Assembly (NCBI GenBank): GCA_039029735.1
Contig: JBCCFL010000002.1
Coordinates: 196,521-260,520, forward strand
Reading direction: 5' to 3'
Source of the DNA: Actinomycetota bacterium
GTDB taxonomy: Bacteria > Actinomycetota > Acidimicrobiia > Acidimicrobiales > SZUA-35
DNA length: 64,000 nucleotides
Shown here: positions 63,325 through 64,000 of the stretch, piece after piece
How the letters are laid out: each line of letters opens with the position of its first letter
How positions within the stretch are numbered: position 1 is the first letter of the stretch
Notes under the pieces: model-generated
What the model was told of the DNA's origin: nothing
What the model saw: only the letters and a program-made list of their open reading frames with translations
Databases searched by the model: none
Position numbers and translations under genes: made by a program

Positions 63325-64000
63325 ATGGTGTTCCAACCGACCACGGAAACGGGGTCGGGGTCCGAGCACGGAAAGACCAAGTCGGAGTGGAGGGCCGGCC
63401 AACGGATCGTTCTGTCGCTGTTCCTCCTGTCCCTCATCGCGATCTGCCTCTACTACGCCTACGAGAGCCGTGAGCTCTCCGAAGGTGATCAGGTCGCGAC
63501 CGAGAACCCGACAACGACAGCTGCCGCCACGGCGGAGCAGAACGGCGCAACGGGCGAAGCCGAGGGAGAGGATGACGAGGTCGCCGGCGCCAGCGCCACC
63601 ACGACATCGGTGCTGGTGGCGACCTCCTCCCCTCTGCGTGAGGGGCCGTCGTCGACCGACGCCACGCCCGCATCGACCGAAGCGCCGGCGAGGGTCGCCC
63701 CGGAGGTGACCGCGGCCGAGACCACGCTCACTGTGGCCGACCAGCACAGCGAGGCCGGGCCAACGACGTCGATCGGTCTTCCGGCCCGGAGCGAGGACGT
63801 TGTCACCCTCCATACTGATCGCGAGTTCGCAGGCCGGAGCTGGGCCCTGCGTCCGGGGCGCTACACCGACGAGATCTACGCCTCGCCGCTCGGCGGAAAA
63901 CCGGTGCTGTCGGTGGAGCTGGTCGACGGCCTCAGCGTGCGGCTGTGCGACAAGGCCGCCGGCGACGGCGTGTGCATCACCATCGATGCCACCACCCGTT
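63325..64000 (+). CDS. membrane-anchored protein with a low-complexity linker and the start of a beta/gamma-crystallin-like domain, 3-prime truncated by the window
   Basis: From ATG 63325 the frame stays open to the window end. The TM is IVLSLFLLSLIAICLYYAY. TLHTDREFAGRSWALRPGRYTDEIY..VLSVELV resembles a Greek-key motif. It is not in the ORF track because there is no stop. Confidence 0.5.
   Translation, partial: MVFQPTTETGSGSEHGKTKSEWRAGQRIVLSLFLLSLIAICLYYAYESRELSEGDQVATENPTTTAAATAEQNGATGEAEGEDDEVAGASATTTSVLVATSSPLREGPSSTDATPASTEAPARVAPEVTAAETTLTVADQHSEAGPTTSIGLPARSEDVVTLHTDREFAGRSWALRPGRYTDEIYASPLGGKPVLSVELVDGLSVRLCDKAAGDGVCITIDATTR

Overview
This is a high-GC, gene-dense chromosomal segment with about 70 protein-coding genes. 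I saw no rRNA, tRNA, CRISPR array, transposase or integrase. It looks actinobacterial: a mycothiol-type class III alcohol dehydrogenase, frequent GTG starts, many ATGA/GTGA/TGATG coupled gene junctions and acidic lipoproteins with AAC lipoboxes. An Acidimicrobiia-like origin is only a low-confidence guess. Housekeeping blocks are hrpB, folE, ilvBNC with a leader-peptide attenuator, a ketopantoate-reductase-like gene, hpt (fused to a VOC domain), metY, a cyclophilin PPIase and msrB. The accessory content includes a copper amine oxidase, a MacB/FtsX-type ABC pair beside a two-component system and a fasciclin lipoprotein, a GluR0-like ligand-gated K+ channel, and a TetR-linked operon (exported luciferase-domain-like protein, O-methyltransferase, membrane-anchored WD40 protein). 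It also includes several VOC, cupin and 2OG-oxygenase genes, a PA-IL/LecA-like lectin islet, and a CitE/MaoC/crotonase/GlpD-like block. There are three lead candidates for undescribed biology. (1) A stand-alone Flp prepilin (33424-33609) plus a coupled four-gene pseudopilin operon (36022-39482) in which one Flp-type pilin carries a C-terminal ricin-like beta-trefoil module. No Tad ATPase, platform or peptidase gene is in the window. (2) Two diverged, colinear 643-codon paralogs of an unusual Rieske [2Fe-2S]::TPP-enzyme (POX/ALS-like) fusion lie in inverted orientation and bracket about 15 kb of accessory genes. (3) A lectin islet sits between ilvC and the glpD-like gene, and its two genes share an upstream 14-mer. 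All functional calls come from reading motifs by eye and from recall of protein families. Start codons were chosen by frame arithmetic on the supplied ORF track and by RBS inspection. No searches were run.
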